The notes under the pieces: generated by a model
Told to the model about the DNA's origin: nothing
Databases searched by the model: none
What the model saw: the letters and a program-made list of their open reading frames with translations, nothing else
In this document: piece after piece, positions 1-12,280 of the stretch
How positions within the stretch are numbered: the stretch's first letter is position 1
Layout of the letters: each line of letters begins with the position of its first letter
Translations under genes and position numbers: made by a program
Assembly (NCBI GenBank): GCA_973851085.1
Contig: OZ316775.1
Coordinates: forward strand, 14,570,001 to 14,634,000
Reading direction: 5' to 3'
DNA length: 64,000 bases
From: Ptychomitrium polyphyllum
Lineage: Eukaryota

Positions 1-355
1 CTCACCAATTACCATTAAATGCCAATAATCCTGTAGAATTTGGTGGCACGATCGAGTATCCTTTTCGTCAAGGAACCAATCATAGGCTGAATCCATTTGG
101 TGACAAAATACCATATCAAGGACAAACCATAGTAAATCCAAAGATGTGCAAAAAGAAACGAAACCTAAAGAACATCCATCCACAATACCATCTAGGTAGG
201 GCCTAATTCAAAACAGACATGTAGCATACACAATCACAACAACGACAGCAAAAAGAAAAGGCAAGAGGCAACACCTTCAAAACGTTCAGTAAAGTCCGAA
301 CAAGAAAACTTAACGCAGAATCTCTTCTTCATGAACATATCACAGCCATCCGTAC

Positions 356-446
356 AACTTGACGTCAAGCATCCACTTACTTCTTGAACTGAACTTACTC
401 CAAAGAACCACCAGTATTCACAACTACACAGAATCGAGCAATCTCC
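356..446. repeat. Diverged 91-bp copy of 11978-12068 (hexosaminidase 3' flank/UTR)
   Basis: Ungapped manual alignment AACTTGACGTCAAGCATCCA...TCGAGCAA.CTCC, 13 mismatches in 91 nt. Confidence 0.9.
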
Positions 447-469
447 ACTGATCTTATCGAATAGGAAAA

Positions 470-2660
470 TCTTGCTCACGTCCAGTGGCTCGATGCACTC
501 CGATGCGGGCCACAGATCTGGGTATCCCACACCCCTGCACAGAACGTAACCCCGGAGTCAGACCACACCATCGGTGCAAGAAAAGCATAGATCACGACCC
601 ATACACAGTCGGAGGGACGATTGAGATGGCGCTGTACTTCATACACCGGCACCACAACGTGGTGAGCTCGGGGATGTACTTCATACACCGGCACCACAAC
701 GTGGTGAGCTCGGGGAACACTGTGCCGGATCGCTTCCAACGCAACGACGTTGGATCACGTCACACGGTAACTCGAAGTCACGACAGGATCCCAAGTTTTG
801 GCCCACAATGCACTGCAACATTCACAATTCTACCGTCTGAATGCCGTTGGCAAACAGACGTGGCTTGGCACATTCAACACTTGCAGTCACAATCGCCAGG
901 CTGGGCTTACCAAGATGCTGCGTGACCGGGCACGTCCAACTCCGGCATCACATGTGTGCCTCTCAGACGCGCATATCTGGCCCAAACCCCCCGGTCAGTC
1001 AACACCGCGGCCCCATGCCGACAACACTCTCGCTTTCTCCTCGCCTTCAGGACCGACACAACGGAGCCTCGCCTTCTAACGACCAAGCTCCCCTGCATCG
1101 CCCTGTGGACAACAACTCTACCACAACCATGGCTACTTCGTCCCTGCAGCGGTCACAAACCCGATGCGGAAAAAACCACAATGATGCCGCCCCTCCAAAC
1201 AGCCCAGAAAGTGGTGGATCCATACTCCACAATCTCGCGGGCGTCGTCCATGGTGTAGCGCTCCGCATACGAGTAGGCACCCTTCCAAAGCAACGGGTAC
1301 GACGGAATCTCGATGGGAAATGACTGCTCATCCACGATGTGCCAATGCAGAACGTTCTGCAAATCACCGTCGCGTTCACGTTAGTCTCTCTCCCCGCTCT
1401 CCACGGACGTGCCCACTTCGACAGTCCTCGCCGTCCCAAGAACCAGCAAGCACGTCAGCCAACCCGGGACACCACACTACTCCGCCTCACCAGAGGCGGC
1501 ATCCTTCCTCCAGAAACAACAGAGTAGGAAATGGACTTACGAGTTTCGAGTACGCCATGGAGTCCAGCACGCGTTTGATGGACGACACGGGCTGGTAATG
1601 ACGAGAAGTATCTGACCAACGCCACAGTATCAGTACACCAAGACGATCACCAAATCTACCCCGACCACGCCACCACAGCCAACCGCATACAAGGACAAGC
1701 GACACAATCCGTTTCCCAGCCGATCCTCCATGTGACCGCCCATCTGTCGACAAGGACGACGCATGACTGACCGAGGCAGAAGTCAATACCGATGAGAAGC
1801 CCGCGGTATGCGAACCGGGGGAAGTCTCTGACCACGTACGGCGTCCTGCTGATTTGCACCGACTTTGCATTGAAGTTGAACGTCGTCAGCTGGCTGAACG
1901 TCTACACATGGACCAGTCCCTGCAGGGGCATAGTTAGACCGTTCCCCCCGTGTTGCGCAACCCACACACACGCACCCAAACCTTGCCCACATACTACAGA
2001 ACCACCCAGTGCCACCACACTCGACGCAGATCACTGCGCATCCTGAAGTGTTCCATCAGTCGCTGCAGCAAACAAATGCTTCACCAGTCCGTGAGTGAGG
2101 GACGAACCTCGAGACCACGAAGCGCTCCGTAAACAGTCCGCGCCTGCCAAGCCCACGCACTTGTCAGCTCATCGTCAAAAGAACGTGTCCGTCTGCAACC
2201 TCTCACAACATCAACTCCCATCTCCACAAACAGGTCACGTCGATCGCGTCCTCGGCCGTCCTTTGCACAGACAAGAGCCATAGCTCTCAGATGCCACTCT
2301 CAATTCTCCCCGCATGCCACAGGAACAGGGAGCCATATGCATCATGCTGTGATCGAATTGGTCAGCGCCAGCACCGGTCACTCACTTCAAGGGAGGCCAC
2401 GTTGTTGCTGTCCGAGGATTCGGGAATAGCCAGCGTGTAGGACTCGTCCACTCCGTATTGTAGCTGCACACAATTGGCGGTCAGGTATGCTTTTCAGAGA
2501 ATGTACAACGCTGAGATCTCCAGAGACTCTCATACTCCAGGCACCTTCGGTTCCTACTCCTTGCGGAGCACGGTGCTTGGAAGGTGACAACCAGCGGGGT
2601 GAGTGTCCCATCGAGGATACACAGTTCCCCGTTCTCTGTCCACCCTCCGCATACCTTCTG
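470..2660. repeat. Near-perfect direct repeat of 14948-17096 (~2.15 kb)
   Basis: Sequence and ORF-track translations match at offset 14478 before, and 14436 after, a 42-bp tandem duplication (633-674/675-716) present only in this copy. Confidence 0.97.
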
Positions 2661-3358
2661 TAGTGCCACTTCTCGGAAGGCTTAGTCTCACCAATCCATG
2701 AGAATATGGAATGACTTTTATGAATTTACTTGTTTGTGATTGTTGCGGAAGTAGTTTTTTACGACTTGGTTGGGAATTTTTGAATTCCGTTCGTCTCATG
2801 AGCTTATTTAACTCTAACTGGGAATTTTATCATGTACGGTGGGTATTTTTTATACTGGATGTGACTAGGTTGCTCTTAAGGATGCTAGAGTTGTAGATAG
2901 GAGTTGAATTTGGGTTATTCTTGTATATGGTTTGTTTTGAATGTCATATCACTGCTTTCGGATTGTGACGGGGTGCTTTCTAAATTTAATTCCCGAACAA
3001 CAGTTGTCTCGTTCGTTTATTTGATGCAGCTTGATTCTGAATGCCAACCAGAAATACGCAGCTGACACTTAGAGAGATGAATTCCTACCTATTCATTGCA
3101 CGAGGCAAGACTGACCACGACTTTAGTGAGTGCATTCTTAGAGGGTGATGGATCGTAATGATGCACATGCTGCGAGAAGATGACATCGTCGTACCTCACG
3201 AAGGCTTTCGCAAGAATGTCCGGCACACCTGTGCAATTTGCAATATCAAATCGAAAGCTTGCTCTCTTTATTATCCACGTGCTATCGCAATGCAGCGGGA
3301 CCGAGACAGTCACTGGCGAGATCGTCGGCGCGAGTGTGACATCGTCGTCCTGCTTCAC
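470..3358 (-). pseudogene. Truncated beta-hexosaminidase (GH20) paralog pseudogene
   Basis: Diverged exon-1 remnant at ~3089-3358 (VPDILAKAFVRYDDVIFSQH..DPSPSKNALTKVVVSL vs VPDTLAKAFVRYYDVIFSHH..DPSPSKDALTKLVVTL in the intact gene). It ends in TAG|GTAGG where the intact gene has AAG|GTAGG. Exons 2-7 (2386-2463, 2108-2143, 1790-1901, 1541-1611, 1226-1356, 911-976) match the intact gene. Exon 8 is cut at 470, and exons 9-14, including the catalytic HLGGDE, are absent. Confidence 0.9.
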
Positions 3359-3639
3359 CAGAAAAATGTACCCAGAAAAGCAGGGGCGGAACCAATAAAT
3401 AATAGGGTGTAGAGACTACAGTTGCGATGGCACTGAGGATTTAGTCGAGCCATTGATGCCTGTGTCTCTGCAAAGCACGAAGATGGACCACATATCAGAT
3501 CATGAGAAACCAGAGCTCAAAATCCTTAGCAAATTTCATGTAGATGTACACAACCTAGATTCACGATACCTTTGCATTACAAGTCCAAGCACTAATATCT
3601 GTGCAAAGGAGCTCCACATCGAAATTTACCTGAATAGCA

Positions 3640-6600
3640 AGGATCACCAGCACCCCACATGTTGATTTAAGTCAATGAGCCAGAAAGAGCTTTCGCCAAT
3701 CACGGTAAGCTGCCAAGGTTTCGGCACATAATCCTTACAGTGCACAATGCCACCAGCCTCAGATGAGATAGGGTTAAGTCCAGCTATGCGGTTTTTCGTC
3801 TCTGGTTTAAGTAAACTGTGGAATTCTCTATTACAGCATGCAGATGCAATGTCGTTCACGCTGCAGAAATTATGATTTGTTCATCCAGAGAAATACAAAT
3901 TAGCATTAATTCGATGAGCAGGTATGTTACCAGCGCCGCCCAGCCTGAAAGACTTGGGTCAGTGAGCACTGCTCGAAGAGGCAATCAATTGAAGTCATGC
4001 ATAAAGTCCGCAAAAATGTTTTTGATAAGAACAAGAAAGTTTGAGATCCTGACATTCGACATTAGGCCAGAACTCTATCAATTCGTGGATCCTACAATCG
4101 ATTTTCAAAGAGTTATAGCAGTACATTAGGAAAGTCAGAGAGTAATGTCATGTACTATTCTATGCAGGCCGTCCAGAACTCGTAGTGAAAGCAGGAGCAA
4201 TTTAGAATCAGGAAGATGAAGAAGGTGATGAAAAAGAGCTATACGAGGAAACTATTCGGCGAACAACGAAGACGAGTAACTTGAGCTGCAGTCATCCAGT
4301 CACAAAACAGATTCAACCTCGAAATTGAGCGAAAGGAACACAAAGTAGAAAAACAAGACTAAGAGAAACTTAAAGAGAGGAAACTGAATTGAATCAGTGC
4401 AGAAGAAGCGTATGTAAGGTAAGTTAGGGTAGACAGATACGCAGCCTCACATGTTGGCAGCATTGCGAGAGGAAGCACGAGAGCACATCGATTTTCCTTG
4501 ACGGCAATGAGACCATCGGCACTTCCAAGCTGGAGACGATGGGTTGGTCATGAAATTGCGGTTGCAGCAATTAGGGCTGCGAGCTTGGCCACTTTAGTCC
4601 GGATGATTGAGAGAGATCATCACACTGCGACTCCCTGTTTCGCGCAATGCCTTCTCACTTGCGGCTCTTGCAGCGGTTTTTGTTTCTATCTGAATTATCT
4701 TAATCCTCATCACAAGTTGTGGCGTCGCGTGTTACAACTTGAGGACTACAACCCAAAACCATCTGAGCAGAATCTGAAGGAAAAGCAGAATCTCAAGGGA
4801 TGAAGAGGGGACTTCAGAAGGGAAGAGAGCAGAATACATCCGAACTTGAGCTAGGGGTAACGTCCTGTAACCACTCTCGACGCTGTCCATAGCAAGGGAT
4901 AGATGCTGCAATCTAATTATGGAGAGTACTGGTTTCAACTACTCTGACGAAGAGGGAAGGAAATTGCGCCAGGACAATCCCAAAACAGGATTTTTAGCTG
5001 CATCAGCAATTTGAAAGTAATCCGCAGTACTAATAACTGAGGATTAGCTGGAAAACACACACTCAGACTGCACCCGCACTCTGATAATGGTTAGGGCAGT
5101 TCATGATCATACCTGAAAAACAGTTCCGTCATGTTGGAGGAAGTCGCCTTTTTCGAAGCTGCTCCTGTGTCCAACCATGCTTTCTCCGGAGATATCTCAT
5201 TCAAACGGTTCCAGAAAGGACTCCAATGGTTATCGAGTTTGCTCTTGATCCCATCATCTTCGGTAATCCATGCGGTTATATCCACAGGGAAAGATTGGAG
5301 ATTATATGTTGATACATCTTGAGGGTGCTTACTAATCAAGTTAGTGAATCTTTCCATGCACTTCAACAGTATGAGATAATCGGATGACACTGTAACTCCA
5401 ACCTGATCAGCGCTATTCTCCTGCTTAGTAACTTCGGATTTCTTAGCTTCATTAAAGTCCATGGGTTTTGAAGCGAGAGGATTTAGGAATTCTTCAGCCA
5501 TAGCGTGATATGCACCACTTTCATCCATCCTACTTGTCTATTCATTTGATAAAAATTCAGTGTTACTCCAGCACCGCTCGCTGTCTGCGCCCTCGGCGTC
5601 ACACGCGGCATCATACACAGCACCATCTGGAAATTAAGGAGATCGGCAAACTCCTTGTTCATGGCGCGGTAAGCAGGAACCTTTCCATTCTGAGGTTCTC
5701 ATTCGTAAGAAGTTCTTCAACGGAAGTAAGCTCCCATGGGGTCTGTTTCCTCTTTCCACTCGTTATAGACATTGCCAAGGCCTTCAAATTCTACATCATC
5801 CGTATTGTCTTCGAAAGATGGCAGCGTACCAATCGCACAATAATCTGAAGAACTGAATTTCGTGCAACCCACCGAATCCTAATACCAGCCATCACTTGCA
5901 GCAGTTTGGCCCCGTTTACGGTTGAAGAATTAGGTTGCTTTATCTCCGACTTTTGAGAGAAGCAAATTGAACACTGGTGGTGTAAACCTCCTCAGAAAGT
6001 CGGGCCGGTAAACGCCGACAGAAAGTAAGTTTTCTCTGATCCTTCGACATCCCCTGCTCCACCATAACCAGCACTTGACGTACAGCAGCAGCGGCGCAGT
6101 TGATTGTGACGCAGACCATTTTAAGCTTGCCTGTTCTACTAATAGCAGACCTACAGGGGAATCCTACTCACTCCATCTCTGCATTCTTGTTTTCTGAATA
6201 TGTAGCCATGCCTGCTGCAGCAGCAGACTTCCTAGCAGAAGATTTCTACTGCCTTTAGCTGGATTTTAGCCATCTTGCTTATTATTTCCTTCCATCTCTA
6301 CAATGCCTCTTCAACTCTCATGATTCTGCAAGTGAAGCTCTTTCGGACATTGCAACCCCATATATATAGGTTTGCTTACCAATCAGAGTCAATCTCGGAC
6401 CCAGAGATCCGGATCCATAGTAACATTGTCCAAAGACCGATCCGCTAATAGAGATCGCTCTTTGATTCGCTCCCATACCATTTGGACATCCTTGTAGTAG
6501 TGCTTCATGGTCGTAAACTTCTTCGCAACATAATATCGGTAATCTGGCTCGCCATGATCACCGAGCTGCCACAACATGAGAGAACCAAACTCAGCAGAAA

Positions 6601-6640
6601 AACGTTTCAATAAATCACAAATTGCACGCTGCATCAAGTA
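3640..6640 (-). pseudogene. Probable decayed multi-exon gene of unrecognised family
   Basis: Protein-like minus-strand segments (6389-6637, ~5630-5850, 5091-5528, 3644-3859). Several are bounded by CAG acceptors or GTAAG/GTGAG donors and are interrupted by stops. No family recognised. Confidence 0.3.
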
Positions 6641-8969
6641 TATATGTTGCTTGAAGCTTGGAGTTGGAGCCTTCTATTGATAATGCACCAACTCAATCGA
6701 CATGAACTACATTGCTAAGGAGGGACAATTTACGGGCAGAAGGAAAGAAATGAGAGTCTTGGCACTGATTTCTTCAAAGTTAGAGTAAGGAGTGTGCAGC
6801 TTTCTAGACGACCAGAACACAAGCTAGAAGAGCGCGCATATGGAGTTGTAATGATTTGGATGGAGAATGGAATGCGCTCCAAAGCCAGGCTACGCTCAAA
6901 GGATTCCAAGGCTCAGCTCAAACCTTTCGCAGCACACTTCGAAACGCAAACAACAGCCGTCATGTATGTCGACCTCACTATATTTGTTTTGCTGATTTCG
7001 TACTTGACGTACGGGTAGGGCTCATGCTGTGACTTCTCTTCCCTACCCAATGGTCTTCTTCGGATCTACCTTCAGAAGGCTCTTGAATCAGATCGTGATG
7101 CCGAAGTGGTACCCTCAAAACCCCGACTGCGTGCAATTAATAAGTTTCTAAACATAAAAATAAAATTACACGTTATTTTAATTCTTACTTCTGAGTTGCG
7201 AACACGAACCATGGCGTCAGATATGGCTAACGAGCTCCCCATGGCCCTGGTTGCCTCACTTCTCTTCGTAATGAGATTCAGACATGTGAATGTTTTGACG
7301 TAACGAGATCCAGCTTCGGAGTTTGGAAGGTTCAGAGTCACAGTTTCGTGAGCTTTGTATTTTGGCGTTGTATGTGGATTTGGATTTCAGCACATTATTG
7401 GAGCATAATCTTGATATGTTTGATTAACTCCGCGGCAGGGATGAAGTTAGCAAGGGGAAGGATTGATTGAAGCAGGAGGTGCTCAGATACGGTGCGTATT
7501 GGCGTCTTTTTAAGGCATGCTGCAACTGAAGCAAGTGCGTCGATTTCACCGAGTTTATCAATTAATATGTCCTTCCTATCAAATAACTTGGTCGTTGTTG
7601 CTTTCCTTTATGAAACATGTCTCGTGGATTTTATTTCATCAAGCAAAAGATTATAGGTATCAAAGGTTGTTAAGTTCTAAGCTGCCTGCTGAATCTCTTC
7701 TTATGATAGTGCGGAGGGCTGCAGGAACCGGGGAAGCCATCCTGGCGGCACAAGCAACCATTGCAGCGTAAGCAAACACAAACGCTATATCCCCTTCTTC
7801 GCAATTCTGTCACGAGCTATGAAATCAACTTCTCAGCTCAAATTTCTGGCTAGGATGTTGGCCACCGTCGTTGAAATGTACTGGGCGCGAGAGCTCTAGT
7901 TATGCAATTGGAGTGTCTTCCAGCACGTCGAAACAGCTCCCTCGGTAAGACGTATGGCTTCCGAAAGTGAATTATGCTTTATCACAGTGTTCATGGTTTC
8001 TTGCTAGAGCTGTGGGAGATTTAAATGTTCGACTCACCATTCAAGGAACCATGTGAAGGATAGTAGTTTATTGATCAGAGTAAAGGTGGCAATTTTTCCA
8101 CCATGTATATAGACAACGTCTTTAGTTTAACATCTTCGAATCTTAGACTTGTAAATCTAAGGTCGATATGCAAGTGAGACACTGAATGGTCTAATCGATC
8201 GCTGGGTATAATTATTCTAAGATGCGGCTATTACTGTACTGTGAATAGCCCACGAGACGAACAACTGGAGAGACCCAATGCAACTGAGAACGAAGATTTA
8301 GAAGCTGCTTTAGAGGCGCTTATAAGCCTACTTACGGAATCCTCCTCGGTGACTAGTTGTTTAATTGAGGAGGATAGCACTAGTGACTCAGTGGTGACGA
8401 CTGTGCAGCAACACTTGCAAGAGTGCATGCAAGCTCGGGCGAGCGCTGTGCATGCGTGCAGTTGCCTTCTGCAGGAAATCATGCTACTATGTACATGCGC
8501 CTGCGCACTCTAACATCGTGGATGTGTTAATATTTGTCAAGCCATACCGTAATGATGCCAAGACTCTCCATGTATCGAGTACGCTCTAGGAGCACAAAAA
8601 TGTTGAGGATATCTTATGATAAGGATTGTATGGGTACTATATAGCTTGATGCACGAAGTGTATAATGCGAGTTGTGCAACGACCAGGTGATAGCATACTG
8701 GTGACACCCCAAGCTGTAGCTCACCCACGTACTAAACCATCTAGCATAATCAAAAATCTAAACTTCATTCAGTAGGAGCTAGAGTTGCACCTTGAGTAGT
8801 CCGGCACAAAGAATCAAGAATAGGAGCAACTGCATGCTGTAGGTGGCGACGTTTCTACTTGCATCCAAACACATTGTATCCCATATGCTACGAAAACCGT
8901 GGAAGTGTCATGTATGCTCCAGAGAATGTGGAACTCTTTGTTGTGCCCTGTCAGCAACCGTAGCACGAA

Positions 8970-10323
8970 ATCGATGGCCGACAAACTACGTAGATTTTAA
9001 GAATAATTAAGTCCTTCATGAGTAGGACAATGTGCTATTCAACCTCCCAAATCCAACCGGATCGGCTCTTGTATTCATAGTTACGATGGCCCTCTGACAC
9101 CCGACTGTGATCCCTCTGACACTCCACATAATATAGATAAAGTATTTAGAAGCTGGATCATGCAGGATTGGACAAATATCCAAGCACAGAATATCTTACA
9201 TGCAGTGGCTGAGCAAGCATTGATGGTACCAATGGTGCTCAAATATTTTCGGAAACTGGAGATCCGGACTATGAACTGCATCGTACATCACGGGGTACAT
9301 CACATCAACTGACTTGGAACTTGGAACTTATCCAAACCCACACACAGCTCGAGTTTCCCATTCAGCTGTCAGATACTCGTAAGTACTCGTCTGGTCACTA
9401 TCGGTGACTTCAAGTTAACTCCATGTCGAGTAGAACTACATGTTGAGAAATGGTTAGGCTGGAGCGATAATTCTGCATTCACAAACTAGTGAACACCTCC
9501 AAGCCGGTGCTCGGGCCGGTGCCAAAGCAAGCAAGCTAAAGTAGTGCAGAGTGAATAAGTACGCCGGTACAAGAATGCTGACAACAACAAACGCAGTCAA
9601 CCTGTGAATCGGCTGGCATTTTAACTGTTGGGCAATCGGTGGATTGAACTTACGGCAATTTCGACAGGAACGTGCACAACCCGATAATTGCTAAAAGAAG
9701 CCATTGCAGTATCCAACATGGCACACTCCACCTGTAATCCACAGCAAGATATTGACCGACAAACAACGTAGGTTTTCAGGACATAGTCCTTACTGGATTG
9801 GAGGATGTGTTGATGAGCGTATTATTTGCCGAGACGATAGCCCTTTGACACCCCAAATCTGATCCCTCCGACACCCGAAACAATTTTGGTAAACTATTCA
9901 TTGCAATCATGCAGGACTACTCCTCCAATGCTGAAATTCTTGCATTCAGTGGCTGATCAAGCCATTCTGTTATTTTCAAAGCTCATCAAGAACATCCAGA
10001 GGACTAAGAACTACAAAGGACATCACAATCACTGACTTGGAACTTGCAACTATCACAAGCCCTCACACAACTTGACTCTCCCATTTAGCTTTCAGTGTGT
10101 TCGTCCCCTCTCCATAACTCCAACGTAACCTTTTGTCCTGTAAAGATACAACATTCTGGTAAAAGGTCAGGCTGGATCACATCAAATGTTATGGCATTCA
10201 TGAATCAGTGAACTCCTTCAAGCCGATGCCAAAGCATGCAAGCTGGTGCATCAGCGTGAAAAAGTGCACCAATTCAAGAATAACCACCACATTAGACACA
10301 GTCAACCAGCGAATGGGCTGGCA
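8970..10323. repeat. Diverged tandem duplication (~8970-9618 vs ~9750-10323)
   Basis: Collinear shared blocks: CCGACAAAC.ACGTAG.TTTT; ACGAT.GCCCT.TGACACCC..TGATCCCTC.GACAC; ACTGACTTGGAACTTG; CAGTCAACC.G.GAAT.GGCTGGCA. Confidence 0.8.
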
Positions 10324-12280
10324 AAGACATTAGCCGCTTGGTGGATCAGACATCACTAACAGACGTTAAATTACAGATCTAACACTAGCAATCACATGGT
10401 TCAGAAAAGAAGCTAGAACTGTTGCTGCTATAATAATATTAGAGGGGTTGACTCTCGTCCTCTCAGCAAGAGCCTCCAGGGAGAAAGTGCAAACCTTCAC
10501 TCAGAGTTCAAGGGAGAAAATGGAAAGCCATGAGCCTGGAAGATCTGCTTCCCGGGATCAATATACAAGGCTTTGCAGTTGTGGGCCACGTTCCTGTCGC
10601 TGTGAGCGAGCGTTAATGTTTGGCCATCCCCAGTCGTAGATCTAGCAATCAACGACCTACAGGGATTGAGGAGATGGGAACGTGATGCTAGAGCCTTCGA
10701 AAATGGGGTTACTGGGAGTCTTGGGGCTCTGTTCTCTCCTTTTTCTTCTCTTCCCCAAAAGTGGTTGGTGGATATTTAAATCAAATTTAGGCATTTATAT
10801 GTTTTTTAATCTGCTTATATGAATTTTCATGTCAAAGGGACCCTTTGACAGTAAGGCTCATCAATTTTCTGTCATTATCAAGTACTAAGGAGAGTCAGGA
10901 ATACCCGAGCTACTCATTCATGACAACTGTAAAGTTTCTGTGAGCTTCTAGATAGAAATGAATCAAAGGTCCTTCGTAGTAAATCTTTTAAAGAGCCATG
11001 AATGTGAAGCCTGAAAGACTTCTAACACCTATAAAAGGATTCGAAGAATTCCAATTTTTTGAGAATCAACATCAAATACCCTTTGTTAGTCTCAAGAATG
11101 TGTTGCTATCCAGATTTCGTTTGCATCTTAAGAATATGCCATTGTTCACTTGATACATGTCCTTTGAGTAGAATACAGAACTTGATGCATGTTATATGAG
11201 TAGAAGATGTCATTGTTTACTTGAAACATCTTGTTTAATTTGCAAGTCTTATATCAATATTGACTTACTTTAAGTTTTACGTTAACGTCAGAACTTACTT
11301 AAAGTTTTAATCTATTTTTACCAAAATAAGGAATGATTTAAAGATAATTATATGGTACCTTATAAGTGGCACAAATATAACACAACCATACCTCTAAGAG
11401 GCTTCACAAATAACACGTTAGATGTTATTCTAAGCACCATAAGTTTTCCATCAAACAATTATGGAAAAGAAATTAACTTTTGAGTTAATAACATGCCAAA
11501 CTTAAACTATGCCATAATTATAATACTTGATTAATAAGAAACAAACTATTGTAACATACGGTAACTATTGTTGCCATCCACACTTCAAACTCTAATTCTT
11601 AGTCTTTCAGACGTGAAAAATATAAAGAACACATGTACCTGTGACAGATCTAACAAAAACTAATACATTTTGATAACCTTAAAGGTTGACTGAGTACTTA
11701 GAAATTAAAAAGAAAACTAGAGGTGCAATAAACTTGAATTCCATATAACACAGCTCGAGTCGACATTCTAACATTGCAAAATAACAGGCTCAATCCTCCA
11801 CCTCCAATCCAATGCAGAACCCTTAACAGTTCAACGTCAGAATTCGATCTTAAAGCATGATTAAAAAGCTCTACAACAAAGCTAAAAGTACACTTCAAAA
11901 CAACATAAACAAATGACAACACCTCAGCATCTTTAAAACCAGCAACATGACCAATAACTGCCCAGCATGAGTCGAGGAACTTGACGTCAAGCATCCAATC
12001 ACTTCTAGAACTGGAATTACTCCACAGATCCACCAGTATTTACGACTACAGACACTCGAGCAAACTCCGCATCCCGCAAAATGTGGTTCTGACCCAACTC
12101 ACGTCGTACAACATCCATCTCCACTCAAACTCCCACCAGTGACGCATCGAGAAACTGGAGACGTGAACTCGGACACCTTCATAAGTGTTGCACTGCTGCC
12201 AGACGACCAGAGGGTAGCATCGATTCACACAAGATGGAATGTTAACAGCCCACTGGAAGGAGATACATGCTCAGGTCACA

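Noticed and set aside
633..716. CRISPR-like repeat
   Set aside because: Two abutting copies with no spacer, inside a eukaryotic intron.
476..2669. Dense overlapping ORFs on both strands here and at 12420-17105
   Set aside because: These are by-products of GC-rich, stop-poor sequence. The real coding content is the short minus-strand hexosaminidase exons.
10830..10850. Perfect palindrome TGTCAAAGGG-A-CCCTTTGACA
   Set aside because: Isolated 10-bp arms with no supporting context, so no function can be assigned.
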